This document shows, piece after piece, positions 43,830 through 57,950 of a DNA stretch of 64,000 nt. The translations under genes were made by a program, and so were the position numbers. The notes under the pieces are model-generated. The model ran no database searches. It was not told where the DNA came from and saw only the letters and a list, made by a program, of their open reading frames with translations. The DNA is from Octopus vulgaris (Eukaryota): positions 13,516,001 through 13,580,000 of the forward strand of contig OX597815.1 in the NCBI GenBank assembly GCA_951406725.2, given 5' to 3'. The first letter of the stretch is position 1; each line of letters begins with the position of its first letter.

Positions 43830-44880
43830 ATACAAAGAGTTCACCGTGTGCGTGAAAGCCAAACAAAATGCGAGTAAAGAGGATATTAAGTAGAAAACAA
43901 TAAAAATATGCACTGCCAGCACACAGTAGTCCAAACATACTCTACGTGTGGAAATAACCAAAGAACAAAACAGTTCAAGCTGTAACAACCTTCTCGATGC
44001 TGCCAGGGGAAGTGTTTTCCCAGGATTGAATGAGACGACACCAGATTTTATCACTAATAATTTTCATATTCAAAGCAACCAACGATTCTTTAGCACCTTC
44101 ACAGCAAGAGAAATGCAGTAATCCAAAAGACCCAACAGATAAAATTTCAAAGGTTGCATGATTCGGGGTATCTCGTGATCGTACGATTTTCACAATATTG
44201 CTGGACACGAATTTTAACTTCTCAATACATAGTGTTTGTAAGTGATATCTTCGAACAGGTCAGCTCAGTCGTAGGTGATTCTGTGGCCTTTCTAGACAAG
44301 GTCGATTGTGTAATTTCAGTGTCTGATACCTAAGCACAATGTATCTCTCGATTCTATATGTCAGATTGGAAACTGGCATGATGTTAGTGCTTAGAGGTCT
44401 TTAAGAGTAAACAGGCTAACATTTGGTATGTGCCGAGTACAATTATGTTTGGTTAGATCGTTTCGCATTTATGACCCACTAAATTTCTCTTCACAAATAC
44501 CTACTGTTGGTATAGTGCTGTATTTACTGCTGGCACCTACTAACAGAAATTTACTTTTAAAGTATATTTCTATTGTCTTCAGATACCATCTGTAGTAAAT
44601 TGTAACAGGATGCAAATCAACCATTGGAGAAATTTTGTTTATATTAACATTTTGAAATTAATGAAGTGGATCGTTAATTATGACCCACAAGACTCGATGT
44701 AGTTCTAAATGTTACTAAAACTTCGTGAACATTGGCTTTTTGGCATTCCTGTGTATACAGAAACATTCTATTGAACTTGTTACTGGTACCAGAATATCTT
44801 AGTAAATCCTTATTCCCTTTAAATTTTGAAATAATTTCTGCGTCCGCTTTCGCTTTAAATAACGATTTACATTCAGCCAA
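43830..44880 (-). pseudogene. Probable highly decayed hAT-like transposase
   Basis: LSVGSFGLLH..GAK...SPG and F.SL.ISTRRV recall GSCGLH..GA...W...SPARR and FxxTRW motifs; many stops. Confidence 0.4.
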
Positions 44881-46289
44881 TCATTGTTGTTGAAGGAGAG
44901 AAACAGTAAACAAGAGAGTGTGAGAGAGAGAGAGAGAGGGTGATTCAAACTTATTCGATATATTTATTCTGTTTCATAATTTTATAAATGTGAGGTTGGC
45001 GCACGAATTATTGAATTATATGCACTAAATCATATGCCCTACCTTGCTATGTAGATAAATATTCGAATAAGAATGGGGGCATTTCAGCTAATAGAAAACA
45101 ATTTTATATCTATAAAAGATTTCCCGTTAGTATATAATTAAATTGTTATTAATTATTCTTAAAACCATGAGACTATCTACTTGTTTGTCACCATAATGTT
45201 TCTATAACACTGCACTCTGATTACAGCATCTAGGCTACTAAACATCCCAAAGGAAATTAAGGTAATACCTCACTAGAGAAGAATTACTCTATATACCAAA
45301 TGCATTCTATACCAATTGTTGTATTGCGCTCTAGCATGGAATCTGTTATTCATTCGACCATTATTTATATTCTAAAACCCACAGAGAAACTCTGAATTAA
45401 CATTTAATTATCTTATTGTTTCTTCCACTGTATTATCTTTGTTTCTCTTCAGCTCCCTCATATATTCTACATAGATTTCTTTCTTTATTCCACCACCTCA
45501 ACCCACCCATCTCCTTCGTACAAGTGCTGTCATCTTATATACTCAAATATAAATTAGAGATATGGGATCATATACTGCTGAAAGCTTCCAGAAAAATAAG
45601 TTTTAAATTAGGCTAGTTCGCATAATCTTATCGATTCTCCAGCTGAAAACATTCTGATCCATTGTTGTCGAAAATATGCAAAAGAAATGCATGAATATGT
45701 ATGTATTGAAACATACAGACACTCAACACACATGCATAATATATATGCATGCCTGTACGTTTCAACGCATATGCATTCCTTCTAATATGATGCATTTCGT
45801 ATGTGTCAATGGGGTGGATATATTAATATCGATTTCAAATATAGGATGAAAACTACACGAATGAAATGAGACACTTGATTCAGTCTAGGCAAGAAGGTAA
45901 ACTATATTTATATGATTTTCTGATGAGTATGAGGAGAATATGTGCCAGATACCATTGACAACGTATTGTTAATAAAATACAGCAATACCTTGAGCTCAGA
46001 GATGGATGTTGATTTGTACATCCACGTCGTGAGCAATGATTGCATTATCATTGCCAACGGCCTTGTACATGTGGAAAGGTCGTGCTCGGTGTTAGCAATG
46101 TCCGTATCTGATTGTTACATATTTATTCGATGCAAGTGCGGATATGTGGGGATTTATATAGTATATTACCAAATTGAAACCATTGTGTCGCATCTTGGTT
46201 AAGGCCAATGTTTTGTAATTTAATTTGAGTAGTCAGAAAGTATGCAGAAAATTTATCTGCACGACTATTGTCCCCACATGCTTTGATCT

Positions 46290-46403
46290 CTTCGACTGGC
46301 AATTAGGATGAAAGGCAATGTCGACGTCGGCGTGAAAACGGACGAAATATCTCAAGTAAGCATTTTGCGCGTTGTGTTAAAAGTTCTGTCAGCTCACCAC
46401 CTT
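46290..46403 (-). mobile_element. Decayed CORE-type SINE head (family of 63085-63671)
   Basis: ggatgaaaggcaatgtcgacgtcggcg...ttctgtcagctcacc. Confidence 0.7.
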
Positions 46404-46603
46404 TTCAGTTATTATCATTGGAATTGGTTTCTATAGAATATGATATTAAAGCAGTTTGATATCGTGTTCTCTTTTTCTTGTCCTTTTTCTTTCTACCTGA
46501 AAATCACCATTCGTGAATCAGGCTTATGAAGAGGAGACTTCTATTCCTGAAAATTGATCATTATTTCATAAACGGTATATTTTTATATTATTTCATAAAG
46601 ATT

Positions 46604-47580
46604 ATGGAGGATGTGGTAAAGTTGTCAACCCGAATGAGGCGATTGTCTTCCTTGCCCTGATGCTTGTGTGTGGTCGAGCATTGTCATGCAGAAGGACGAC
46701 ATTTTCGATTAGCAAGTTGGGTCTTACTCGTGGGATTCTTGCTCGAAGATTCGTCAGGGTCTCAATGTAGCCCTCAGAGTTTTTTGTTTTTCCTTTTGGC
46801 AAGAATTCGACCAGAATGATACTTTGAGTATCCCACAAGACAGCCACCATGATTTTCCCAGCTGACTTCTGCGTCTTGAACTTTTTCGGTGGTGGTGACG
46901 TAGAGTGGCGCCATTCCATTGATCGCTTCTTTTTATTCCGGTTCATAATGATGAACCCATGTTTCATCACATGTTACGAGCCTTCAGAAGAAGGTGTTGT
47001 CACTTTTACTTTGTTCGAGAAGGCATTGACACTGTCAGTGTTGCGTTTTGTATTCAGTTCTCTCGGTACCCATCGGACACACACTTTCGAAAAGCCAAGT
47101 TATTTGACAATGCTGGGCTCACTTGAAGGTTTTCTGACAACTCATCAAGAGTTAAGCGCCTGTCTTCTCTGATCAGAGCATCTGGTTTTGCTTTATTGGC
47201 AGGATTCTCAGAAGTGGACGGACGGCCAAAACGGGGTTTATCGGCTACACACACAGTTCCCACCTGTCCATCTTTCAGACAACGGACCCACCTGCATACA
47301 TTGCTACAATATAAAGTATTGTTCTCAAAGACATTATGTACTTGTCGGTGAATGTTCAACAAGAAATTCAATCACTGATCTTTTTTTTTGTTTTGACGTA
47401 ACTCTAAGGGGGCAACCATTTTGAGTTTTCCTTACCAGTCTAAAAACCTGTAAAGTAAGAAACAGAATACTTCAGACAATAAATGTTATAATCATTTATA
47501 AATGGGAAAATTTTCAGTTGATTTTATCAAACACTTAACATGAAATAAAGGAAATGGCATTACGTTTTGACTCACCCTCG
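46604..47580 (-). mobile_element. Mariner transposon, 3'-truncated pseudogene
   Basis: TIR TA-cgagggtgagtcaaa at 47582; SMEWRHSTSPPPKKFKTQKSAGKIM...LLHDNARPHT...LPHPP. Confidence 0.93.
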
Positions 47581-48955
47581 TATAATTTCGCTTCCACAAT
47601 CATTTATCGCAATAATTGCTGGCAACTTTGGATTATTTATCTACGAAGACTCCCATATTGAGAGACGAACAGTGAATGAATGCGTCTATGCATTGGGTGG
47701 AATAACACTAACACAACGCTACTGTCATTTATAAGAAAACTAATGTTTTGGGAAAAAAGAAAGCAGTTATAATCCGTATTTGGTTTACATTTTGACAGAA
47801 AACTTTGTAAAACGTTGAAAAAACATTACCCATATAATCAGCAAAAAGTGGCTAAAAGCGACAATTTCAGAAGTAGACGTGACTACGATATGTTGTTAGA
47901 TGAGTTGCAGACAAAATCTAGTTTGCTGATTATTTAAGTGCATGGGTGAATTTGATTCACTAAAATATAGAATAAAACAGGTAAAATAAGCTTATTTCAG
48001 ATGTTCAGGGGTCTATTTATGAATATGTCTGGTTGAAAAGTTAGTAGTAACGGTTCAGGTAATGGGTTCGCAGATTCCAATATCTGTATCGACGAATGAT
48101 AATATTTACGAATTTATTCTGTGTTCTATAAAGCTTGGTAAATGAACACTGTATGAGTATGGATGTTTCTTTCGTAAGCATACAAGTAATAAAATATTCT
48201 TGGACTTAACAATCGGAAGCGCAAGTTTAGTAAAGAATCAATCTTACATAAAATGCAAGTATTCTTATTCCATTTTAAATTCGGCCACAAGAAATTCTTA
48301 TTTAAGATTGTGAGTGAAGAGGATGGAAATATTTTTCCATATGGGTTTGCAGAACAATTTTGGCACTTTATATAAACATATGTACACATACATCTATATG
48401 TGAGTGTGTGAATGAATGCGCGTGCGATTACATGTATGCGTGCATATGCGTGTATGTGTGTGTATGTGTGTGCATGTGTGTATGTGTGTGTTTTCGCCCG
48501 CGCATGTGTGTAAATGTTTAAACTACATGTAATCATATTGAAGTTGCATGTGGTTTGTCTGATTTTTCTCTGATGGAAGAGGAAATAAGATTTGTATCCA
48601 ATTTTCTTTTGCCAGGATTACATTTAGAATTCTATAAATTTTAAAACCTATAAGCCTGTGTTGCCCCGTAATGAATGTGTTGGTTGTTCACGTCACAGGT
48701 AATATCTGCAGTGTCAGAACTGGAATTAGAATATTTATTCTAAGGCATGATGTATTAACATGAATTATGATGGAAATAGCCTTGTATTAGCTGTTGGTTT
48801 CCTTGAGAAAATATATTTGTAGTTCTGTCTTTGCAGTGACACATCCACACATATACAAGCACGTGCACAATCACACACGCACGCATGCACTTACACACAC
48901 ATCACACACATATACACACGAACACACGCCCATACACACACAAACACGCACACAC

Positions 48956-49009
<54 letters not shown>

Positions 49010-49106
49010 ACATACGGACAAAAAACGTGTATGTATAAACAAATACATGCAGGCCAGATGTGTACACAAACGTATACATGTATGCATATGGATGCGAGTG
49101 AATATA

Positions 49107-50665
49107 TTGGGTCATCCCATAAATAATGCGGCTTTTTCAATTTCCTGAAGTAAATGTCGGAGTGGGACGGGATAAACTAGCTAAAGCTATAATGGAAATG
49201 ACAAATGAGCATATGCGGTATATATTTTGCTTTACGAGTTCAATAAAGGCAGCAACGCAATGGAAAGTCCAAGGAATATTAATGCAGTGTATGGGGATTG
49301 GACAATAACCGTAAGCCATTGTCAATGGTGATTCCTGAAATTGCGAGCCGCAAATTACAGTCTAAAACATGATACACGTCCTGGAAGATCTGTACAGTTT
49401 GACGAGGACGTCTTGCAAACACTAGTGGAACAAATTCCCATCGTAACTGTTCAGGAACTAGAAGAAAAACTTGGATTTAGTATTTCAACCATTAATCGAC
49501 ACATGCGTATCCATCGTAAAAGTCAGAAATTTGGTTTAATGTGTTCCTCATAAACTTACCGAGTCTAATCGCGCGCAAAGATTGCATATATGCTCTCCTT
49601 TGCTGTGACATCTCACGAATGAACCATTTTTTGGACCGAACAGCAACTCGTTCCGAAAATGGATTCTCTATGAAAATGCCAAGGGCCGACGTCAGTGGGT
49701 GGGGAAAGGAGAAACACCGAAACTCCAGATTAAAGAAGATCTTCACTCACGTAAGTTCTTGTCTCTTTGGTTGGAGGCGCAATGGCCCAGTGGTTAGGGC
49801 AGCGGACTCGCAGTCATAGGATCGCGGTTTCGATTCCCAGACCGGGCGTTGTGAGTGTTTATTGAGCGAAAACACCTAAAAGCTCCACGCGGCTCCGGCA
49901 GGGGATGGTGGTGATCCCTGCTGTACTCTTTCACCACAACTTTCTCTCACTCTTACTTCCTGTTTCTGTTGTACCTGTATTTCAAAGGGCCGGCCTTGTC
50001 ACTCTCTGTGTCACGCTGAATCTCCCCGAGAACTACGTTAAGTGTACACGTGTCTGTGGAGTGCTCAGCCACTTACACGTTAATTTCAAAGCAGGCTGTT
50101 CCGTTGATTCGGATCAATCGGAACCCTCGTCGTCGTAACCGACGGAGTGCTTCCAAATCTCTTTGGTGGGATATGTTATGTTTAGTCGACTTTAAACTTT
50201 TTGAAACCAAACCAAGATATAACAAATGATATCTACTGCGAGCTGTTTGAGCGTCTTTAGTCAGCGACAAGCCGAAAGGTGTTCTTCCATCAGGATAATG
50301 CTCTCCCCCATACAGCGAGGATAACATTCCAAAAGCTGGAGCTATTTGAATGGGAAACGATGCACTACCCACCATATTCGCCTGACAATGACCCATCTGG
50401 TTATAATTTATTTTGCAGTCTTCAACATCATTTGGACGAAACAAATATGAACTCTGCAAACTAAGTCAAAACAATACTAGAGGAGCATTTTCCGTCACGG
50501 ACAAGTGAATTTTGGTTGAGCGGTCTTGCAAGTCTACAAGATAGATGGAAGAGCATTGTAGAAAATGAAGGAGAGTATATTTTAGATTAAAAAAAAAAAC
50601 ATTTGTGTTTCTTAATTTAAAAAAATAAAGTATAGAGAAACCGCATTATATATGAGATGACCCAA
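49107..50665 (+). mobile_element. Complete mariner transposon (pseudogene) with TA TSD, interrupted by a SINE
   Basis: TIRs ttgggtcatcccataaataatgcgg / ccgcattatatatgagatgacccaa flanked by TA; RPGRS..FDED, FHQDNALPHTA, HYPPYSPD. Confidence 0.95.
49772..50157 (+). mobile_element. tRNA-derived SINE family B, full length, 10-bp TSD
   Basis: TSD tctctttggt at 49762-49771 and 50158-50167; A box tggcccagtgg, B box gtttcgattccc. Confidence 0.96.
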
Positions 50666-50675
50666 TATGCTTATA

Positions 50676-50723
<48 letters not shown>

Positions 50724-51199
50724 CAGTGTGTGTATGTCTGTGGGAGAGAAAGGAAGAGACGGAGAGACAGAGAGTTTGTGTGTGTGTGTGTGTGACTGTG
50801 TTTGTCTCTGTGTGTGCCTTCTGTGTATGTGTGGCGGTATGTGTTCATTAACAGAAAGGGAAGTAATACATTTATTTGTGCCGAGGCATAATTTGCTAAG
50901 TGTTGTTTCAGTCACCTGAAAACACACGGAACTTGTAAAATCACTTTCCGATAATTTCGAAGCGTAAGAAAATGTTGTCGCATCATGTTGAACTGGCAAC
51001 ACATGCAGTATTACTGCACACGTTTGGAAATTATTTAATGGCGTATTCTTAAAGCCTTCCTTTATTATTCTGTTCTTTACACTCTTGCTGAACTTATGGA
51101 TATATTTCGTTCAGATGTACCGTGACCTCCTGTTATGGGTAGATAATAGTAACTTTTCAATCTGTTATAAGCTTAGAATGTAAATATCAATAACTCCAT

Positions 51200-51253
<54 letters not shown>

Positions 51254-51908
51254 TCTCTTTTCTCTCTACACTACTTAATCTACCACTTACTTCCCATTCG
51301 TAGAGTATCTCTCTAATTATCTCTCCTTTTATCCATCTTGATTTTATTCTCTTTCAATTTCCATTTCTTCTTTAATTCTTTTCGTTTTTCCTTTTTCTTC
51401 ACATTGCCATCATTACTTAAGATACTTTCAGCTTATGACTGCACATTTTCTTATATATAAGATATATTTAGCAAATTCTTTAATATTCTTCTACAGAAAT
51501 TATATTTTAATGAATGTGTATATATACGTTTGTGTATATTTCTGCGTATATGATTTCTGGACAATTATGTCGGTGTTACGTCCTGTGCGTTCTATTTTTC
51601 AATTGCTCTTTGGATGTTATGCCACAAGCTTAAAATGTTATAGCTATAGAAAAACAATCTAATTTCTATAGATTTGTCGTGGGAAGAAGAATGTACCAAA
51701 TATATACTCGAAATCATCGTAGTATAAAGAGTATGCACAAACTGGAAGATAACCATTACAAATGATAATTAGATGAGTTAAAATGAAAACGGAAGGAAGG
51801 AATATATATTTCTGTGTATGTATACAAACATATATATTTACATATGCATAATACGTATATATATGCATATATATCTATACAAGCAGACAGAGAAATACAC
51901 GTGCATAC

Positions 51909-51978
<70 letters not shown>

Positions 51979-52019
51979 CTCTACATGTATATTTACGTTT
52001 AAGTGTTTGTGTGTGCGTA

Positions 52020-53345
52020 CCTCCGACCTGTAGTGGAGACCTGGTACGGGAGTTCCTGTGTTTTGAGGAGTATGGAAGCTGCAACTCGAACTGACTGCAC
52101 TCCTTGACTTATGCGCTGAGAACGATCTGAGGGCTATTCACACCCACTTGCGTTTTTCCAACCGGCAAAAGACCACATTGTATCATTCGACTGGCACATC
52201 CTGAAGCAAGGTTGCCGCCTAGATCCCACTATTCTCCTTCTACCTCGGTGCCTCACCAGAACCTATAGCACGATCGATGTACTCATTATCTGAATCTTCC
52301 ACGGCGCAGATGATTGCTGAACGGATCATCGACTACTCATTTTGCAGTTCAAGTTTCATCTGCGGAACTTACTCGTCTTCAAAAAATCTTCATGGAAAGC
52401 TCGGTGTTTTGATGTTTCTAAATTGGGGACCTTCACAGTCGAGTGGGATTATTCGCCTCACCTCACCATCATTTTCAGAGAAATATCCATAATCGCAGAT
52501 GGACAGTGGAGAAGAATATTAGTACAGCCTACACGAAACGAACACCAAAACTGCTGCGGAAATAAATGACAATTACAAACATACTTTTCCAGGCCGGTTT
52601 GGCCAAAATGATGACCAGAATACAAGGCTGAACAACGAGAAGAGAAAATTACGTCTGGCGTGAGAGAATTTCGCAACGTGCTCCCGCTTGTGACGTAGCA
52701 TAGACTATGTGATCACCAGAGTCACTGATGGCAAGCAAATTCAGGTGCGTACAGTTTTTTGTGGATACAGCAGCGATCTTAGGTTTTTCTTTGCTGAAAA
52801 TGAGGACCGTTGGGTCTACGTTGCGAAGTAATTAATACACGCAAATCCGTTGACGACTGAACCTCCCTTGGCTTACCGAAATGTTTCCCAATATCCGCTC
52901 CGACACTGGATATCATTCCTTACATCGCATCCCACGAAAGTACCCTGAGCTTGAAAAGGCCCTAGAACGCATGGAATCACTTGTCGCCGTCGACATATCC
53001 CTGTTGCTCTTGCTGCACTGTGATCAAGCTGAAAATACCAGGCTGTATATGCTTATGCAGCATAAGGCAGACATTTCGAGGCAGAGGTTGCTCCCAAAGA
53101 CCTTAAAGAACCGACCATAATTAATGTATATTTGCTTGGCCACTGGGCAATCTACAGAAACTAAAAGGGCATCTTCCTTCACAGCACTGCGGGTAAAATC
53201 TTCTCCAGCACCGTCCTAATTAAACTAGTGGTCGTCACTGTGGAAGATCTTCCAGACTCGCAATGTTCTCGCTCGCTTTTGTTTTTTATATCAGTAGTGA
53301 AACGTAAAGTGTGCTGATCCTTGATTGATACGAGGAAGACTTTTG
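52020..53345 (+). mobile_element. Decayed RTE-clade LINE fragment (APE C-terminus to RT N-terminus)
   Basis: LLDLCAENDL...QKTT, DHRLLI, PKDLKEPTII, N*KGIFLHSTAGKIF...EDLPDSQC. Confidence 0.85.
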
Positions 53346-53614
53346 AAAACACTCATAGCATGTGAGGAATCGTGTATCTATGGTTTTCTCTCCAAAACAA
53401 TCGCTTGAAAAGGGTCCTTCTTGACAGAAAGGGTGTCATAGGAATTCTTCCATCACTGGAAACGAAGCCGGATAAAGTGTGCTGTTTAAGGAGACTACTT
53501 CGAAGAAGACAACTTTGAAGGAGTTTAAATGCCGAATGTGTTGTACTTTTTCTCATATATCACCAGTCCTGATACCTTTTGATCAGACCTCGTATTCTAT
53601 TTCTGATTTTAAAC

Positions 53615-53897
53615 TGTTGTGGCGAGAGACACGACAACCCCTGAGAGAGTAGACTTCACTGAACGACTATAAACAGAAGCGGTCTATGTGAGAGAGAGTG
53701 TGAGTAGGTGTTAATCACAGGAAGTCGTAAGGTGTCGTTTTGGTAGTTTGTCGGAATATCGTTCGTCGGTTCGCGTATAGTTCGTGGAGGGTTTGTTGGA
53801 TTGTTACGTTGCTGTTACTCTGATTTGTTAAATATATGTATTGTTACTGTACGCTTATAGTGTAAAATATATCGACATAAATAGTGGCGATACTACA
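53615..53897 (+). mobile_element. Possible solo LTR
   Basis: TG...CA ends (tgttgt / actaca), TATAAA at ~53668; no clear TSD. Confidence 0.35.
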
Positions 53898-53936
53898 ATT
53901 ACTGGAGACCAGTAATTACGTTACGATATAACGATA

Positions 53937-54061
53937 TTTATATATATATTAATATATAATTATTAATATATAAATATTAATATATAATTATATTTATATA
54001 TATATTTATATATATATTAATATATAATTATTAATATATAAATATTAATATATAATTATAT
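53937..54061. repeat. AT-only tandem duplication, ~68-bp period
   Basis: tttatatatatattaatatataattattaatatataaatattaatatataattatat occurs twice. Confidence 0.85.
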
Positions 54062-54822
54062 AGATTATATAATATCTGAGACGTAATAGTTGTACTTAAA
54101 TTCTTATGGCCTTTGGATTTTATCCTCGCCATCTTCTTGATCGTGTAATTGAAACATTACTGACATCTTGATATAAATGTAGTGTACTAATTAGTTATAA
54201 ATCGTTTATGCATTTGTTCTTATTGATTCCAATTTTGACCTACTATTTACAGGTGATTAATATTTGTGTCACCAGTAAGTATTGTATATTCAAATATACA
54301 GTCTCAACTACATTTCCGAATACATTATATACAGAAGCAAAATTCCTGTTGGTCCCATTTGGAACATGTTTAATGGTCACAAAGAGCTCATGAAAGTCAA
54401 AACGGCAAAAGAAACTTTGCTAGTAAGATGGTTGACCTGAATTTGCCTTATGTCTTTATGAGTGCACGAATATACATTTTCTCAAGCTATAAACTTCCGT
54501 TTCCCTTTCGTAGCCTATATTAGAGATGATATTTATATTGATATCACTCTATGATTCTAAGAGTTGATGTCCTTATTTATCAAATTATTAAATGACTATT
54601 ATTCTTTACTTTCAAGCTTAAATTGATGAATACAGATGAAGGATAAAAAATAAATGATTAAAGAGAATAACAGAAAGTAATAATAACCAAATTCAATTAA
54701 ATTAAATTGTACATGTGAGAATTATGCATCGGCAATAACTAAATTGTGAAGGCACATTAAATCAGGATTTGGAATTCTGAGGATCAAGAATAAGTATTCC
54801 ATGAAGATGATTTTATCTGATA

Positions 54823-55213
54823 CTAGCAGTATCGCCCGGCGTTGCTCAGGTTTGTTTCGAACCTTTAGAATTGGAATTTTTGAAATGTAAAACGTTTGTA
54901 TTATGTAGCTTGTTATTCTCTTTAAGTGAACATTTTTCTGATTGAAATACACCGAGAAATGGCGATACAACTGTCAAACAATCGTAAAAAAATTGGAATT
55001 TTCATAGAAAAAAAGCACCTTTTTGATATAAATAATTTTTGGTCTTAACATGGTTTCATTTGAATTTTCTCTACTACGGAAGGAAGAGCAAGCCTTCTTC
55101 TATCATACTCTCAATTTTGGTCCACTTGCGCCGCAGGATCTCGAAGGAGATAGTGTTAGTTGAAGGCTACCAAACCTGCCATACACAGACAACTTCAGCT
55201 TTTTTTATATAGA
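54823..55213 (-). mobile_element. Non-autonomous Helitron (same 3' end, different interior)
   Basis: ctagcagtatcgcccggcgttgctcagg terminus. Confidence 0.8.
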
Positions 55214-56348
55214 ACGATTAATAAGAAATATTAATTTATAACATAGGGCAATATTACATTCTCAAATCTAATTTTACTTATCAAAAATTTTAGAAAATGC
55301 ATGAATGTCAACATCATGACATCACTAGCACAGATTTCCTACATAAATCGTCAAATAGTCTCGCTGCCAACTTTGCCATGGTTTGCTATTAACATCATTG
55401 TAATGATATGGAAAGCATTAATCTTCGAGTAATGACAAACTAGATGACTTCGCATTAAATTTGATTATGTTAGAAATATACTTTCTCTTCCATCAATTAT
55501 CATTTACGAAACACAGTTGTTACTTAAGTCCAGAGACTAAGAATCTTTTGTTATATAAATTTTTGGCACATTACTAAATTAAACGTAGCGAGATATAAAC
55601 TCAAATTTGTCTGCTGGATTTTACAAACGTAAATCCTATACTTTAGACATAACAATCAGCGAATTGCTTACCTACAAAATTCACCTGTATAAACATAAAT
55701 AATCACGAATGATAATAGTCATCCATCTCTCATAATCTACCATATGCATTATGTCTTAGCTTGTGGATAGAAGAGTTAGCATAAGTTGTGAAATAAATTA
55801 GAACTATGAAGTAAATAACTATTGATACAACTACTTACTTTGGGGATTTTTTTTTTTACGTCTTTAGATTTACATCCATAAAGAAAGATTAACATGAAAT
55901 CCCAAGTTCAGCATCATGGAACTGCCGCTAAGCTGCACGGGTTAATTATATATCTCTGTGTGCAAGGCAGTGCAATATATATATATATATATCTTAATCT
56001 TCTTCACCCATAGAACAGAACAAATAGGTGAATCAGTTCAAACAGCTACTGAAATATTAATAATTCCTAACACAGGGTCTAAAATCTCCTATGGCGGAGT
56101 TCGCTGATTGAATCTGTTCAAATATCTGGCTCGTAATTATATTTATCGACCTCCGACGAATGAAGGACAAAGTCGACTCTACTCTGATAAGGACATGAAG
56201 TGACGTAAATTACAACTAACACAAAGTAATGTGACCGTTGCTCTATCTATCATGTCGGGTAGCTAACTCAAATTTCCAGCTTTTTTTTATTTATTGTACG
56301 AGATTGTTACTGGTAAATTTTCTTTGAAATGGAACCGGGGGATTCATA

Positions 56349-56745
56349 TCTTTATACATAAAAGTAAGGTTGTGTGTCTGTGTCCTACAATTTAGATTCC
56401 TAACTACTCCCACATTTTGCGGTGCAATTTAACCAAAACCGGGTATCTTATAGTCGTGATTCATATCGAGCCCTTCTGGGTATTAGCGCGCGTCTACGAT
56501 GAGTTTACGATTTAAGAAAAAAAGTACCATCATTTTTTTCCATTTTCATGCATTTTTTCCGCTATTAAATAAGGGAATTAGCTCTCTAAAAATGTCTACG
56601 ATGAGTCAACGATTAAAAAAAAATTACCATCATTTTTTTTCCATTTTTAATGCATTTTTTTGCTATTTTTTTGCTATAACTCTCTAAAAATGCTTATATA
56701 GTTATTTCCCTTACAACCCCGAGCAACGCCGGGCGATACTGCTAG
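56349..56745 (+). mobile_element. Non-autonomous Helitron
   Basis: A^TC...CTAG^T; internal ~95-bp tandem unit. Confidence 0.88.
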
Positions 56746-56924
56746 TCTTATATAAAAGTTTAATACGAAATACATTGCTGAATGTTGATACACGACGCCT
56801 CTAGATAGAACATAGTCTGCAACAGTAGCAAAACAGTTATAATATTGCACAAGGTAAACTTTGACGAGAGATAACTACATTTTGATATGTAATTACTTGA
56901 TTGCAGGTAGTCATTTATTTTTGA

Positions 56925-57320
56925 CTAGTAGTATCGCCCGGCGTTGCTCGGGTTTGTAAGGGGAATAACGATATAAGCATTTTTAGAGATGCAAAGTATA
57001 ATAACCATCTCAATATGGCTAATCACAAAGAGGGGGTGTTACTGTAGCTTTTTACGTTCTGAGATTTAATAATAAATTTTTAGAGAGTTACTTCCCTTAT
57101 ATATGCCAAAAATGCATTAAAAATGGGGAAAAATTATGGTAAATTCTTTTTAAAATCGTAGACTAATCGTAGACGCGCGCTAATACCCAGAAGGGCTCGA
57201 TATGAATCACAACTATAAGATACCCGGTTTTGGTTAAACTGCACCGCAAAATGTGGGAGTAGTTAGGAATCTAAATCGTAGGAGACAGACAGCACACAAC
57301 CTTACTTTTATATATAAAGA
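56925..57320 (-). mobile_element. Non-autonomous Helitron, inverted relative to 56349-56745
   Basis: Termini and 5' ~150 nt reverse-complementary to the neighbouring copy. Confidence 0.88.
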
Positions 57321-57324
57321 TATA

Positions 57325-57950
57325 CGTGGGGAGTTCATTAAAGATTTCCCCAGATTCACTTCGCAAGGACTGGGATAAACGAAACGACATAATTACCAGT
57401 CCTTCTCCACATAATAACACACTTCTCTACCAATGGTGACACACTTCTCCCACTAATTTATGCAGCTGAGAAAATGTCTGTAGCAGTCGGTAAGATGCGT
57501 CTGGAGCCAAGACTTACATTATCATCTGAAAGAGTGCCGCCCCTTCACAAAAGACTTCATGGTTGGAATGAGGAAGCAGTCGTATAGCACGTGGTCGGGA
57601 GAGTAAGGTGGATAAGGAAACATTTCATAGCTACTGGAGTGTGCTTTCATCTGGGCAACACATTTATTATGAACTGGGGTGTTCTCTTGCAGGAGGTGGA
57701 CTCAATTACTCAGCATGCCACGCCTCTCTGTTTGATGCCGCCCCGCAATATCTGCAGTAGAGAAGCATGATATTAATTGCGGTGCACTTTGCCAGATAAT
57801 TCATCATTACTACTCTGCCCTGATCTCAAGAGGCTGGGAGCAATTGACTCGTTCCTGCTTCTTAAAAGGTGTGGGCATCCGAGGAATCCATCATGCAGAT
57901 AACTTCTGCATGTGCAAATGGTCGTGAATGATTTTGTTTCTACAGACGCT
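57325..57950 (-). mobile_element. Decayed mariner, 3' half (family of 17039-17750)
   Basis: TIR-like ta-cgtggggagttcattaaagatttc; YPPYSPDH and IIHDHLHMQKLSA*WIPR on the minus strand. Confidence 0.82.

Noticed and set aside
46515-46560. CTTATGA..AGGA/TCCT GAAA motif
   Set aside because: G5 is mutated and there is no stem I or stem III support.
49772-49845. tRNA gene
   Set aside because: The tRNA-like head continues into a SINE body with TSD and has no poly-T terminator; the same applies to the other SINE heads.
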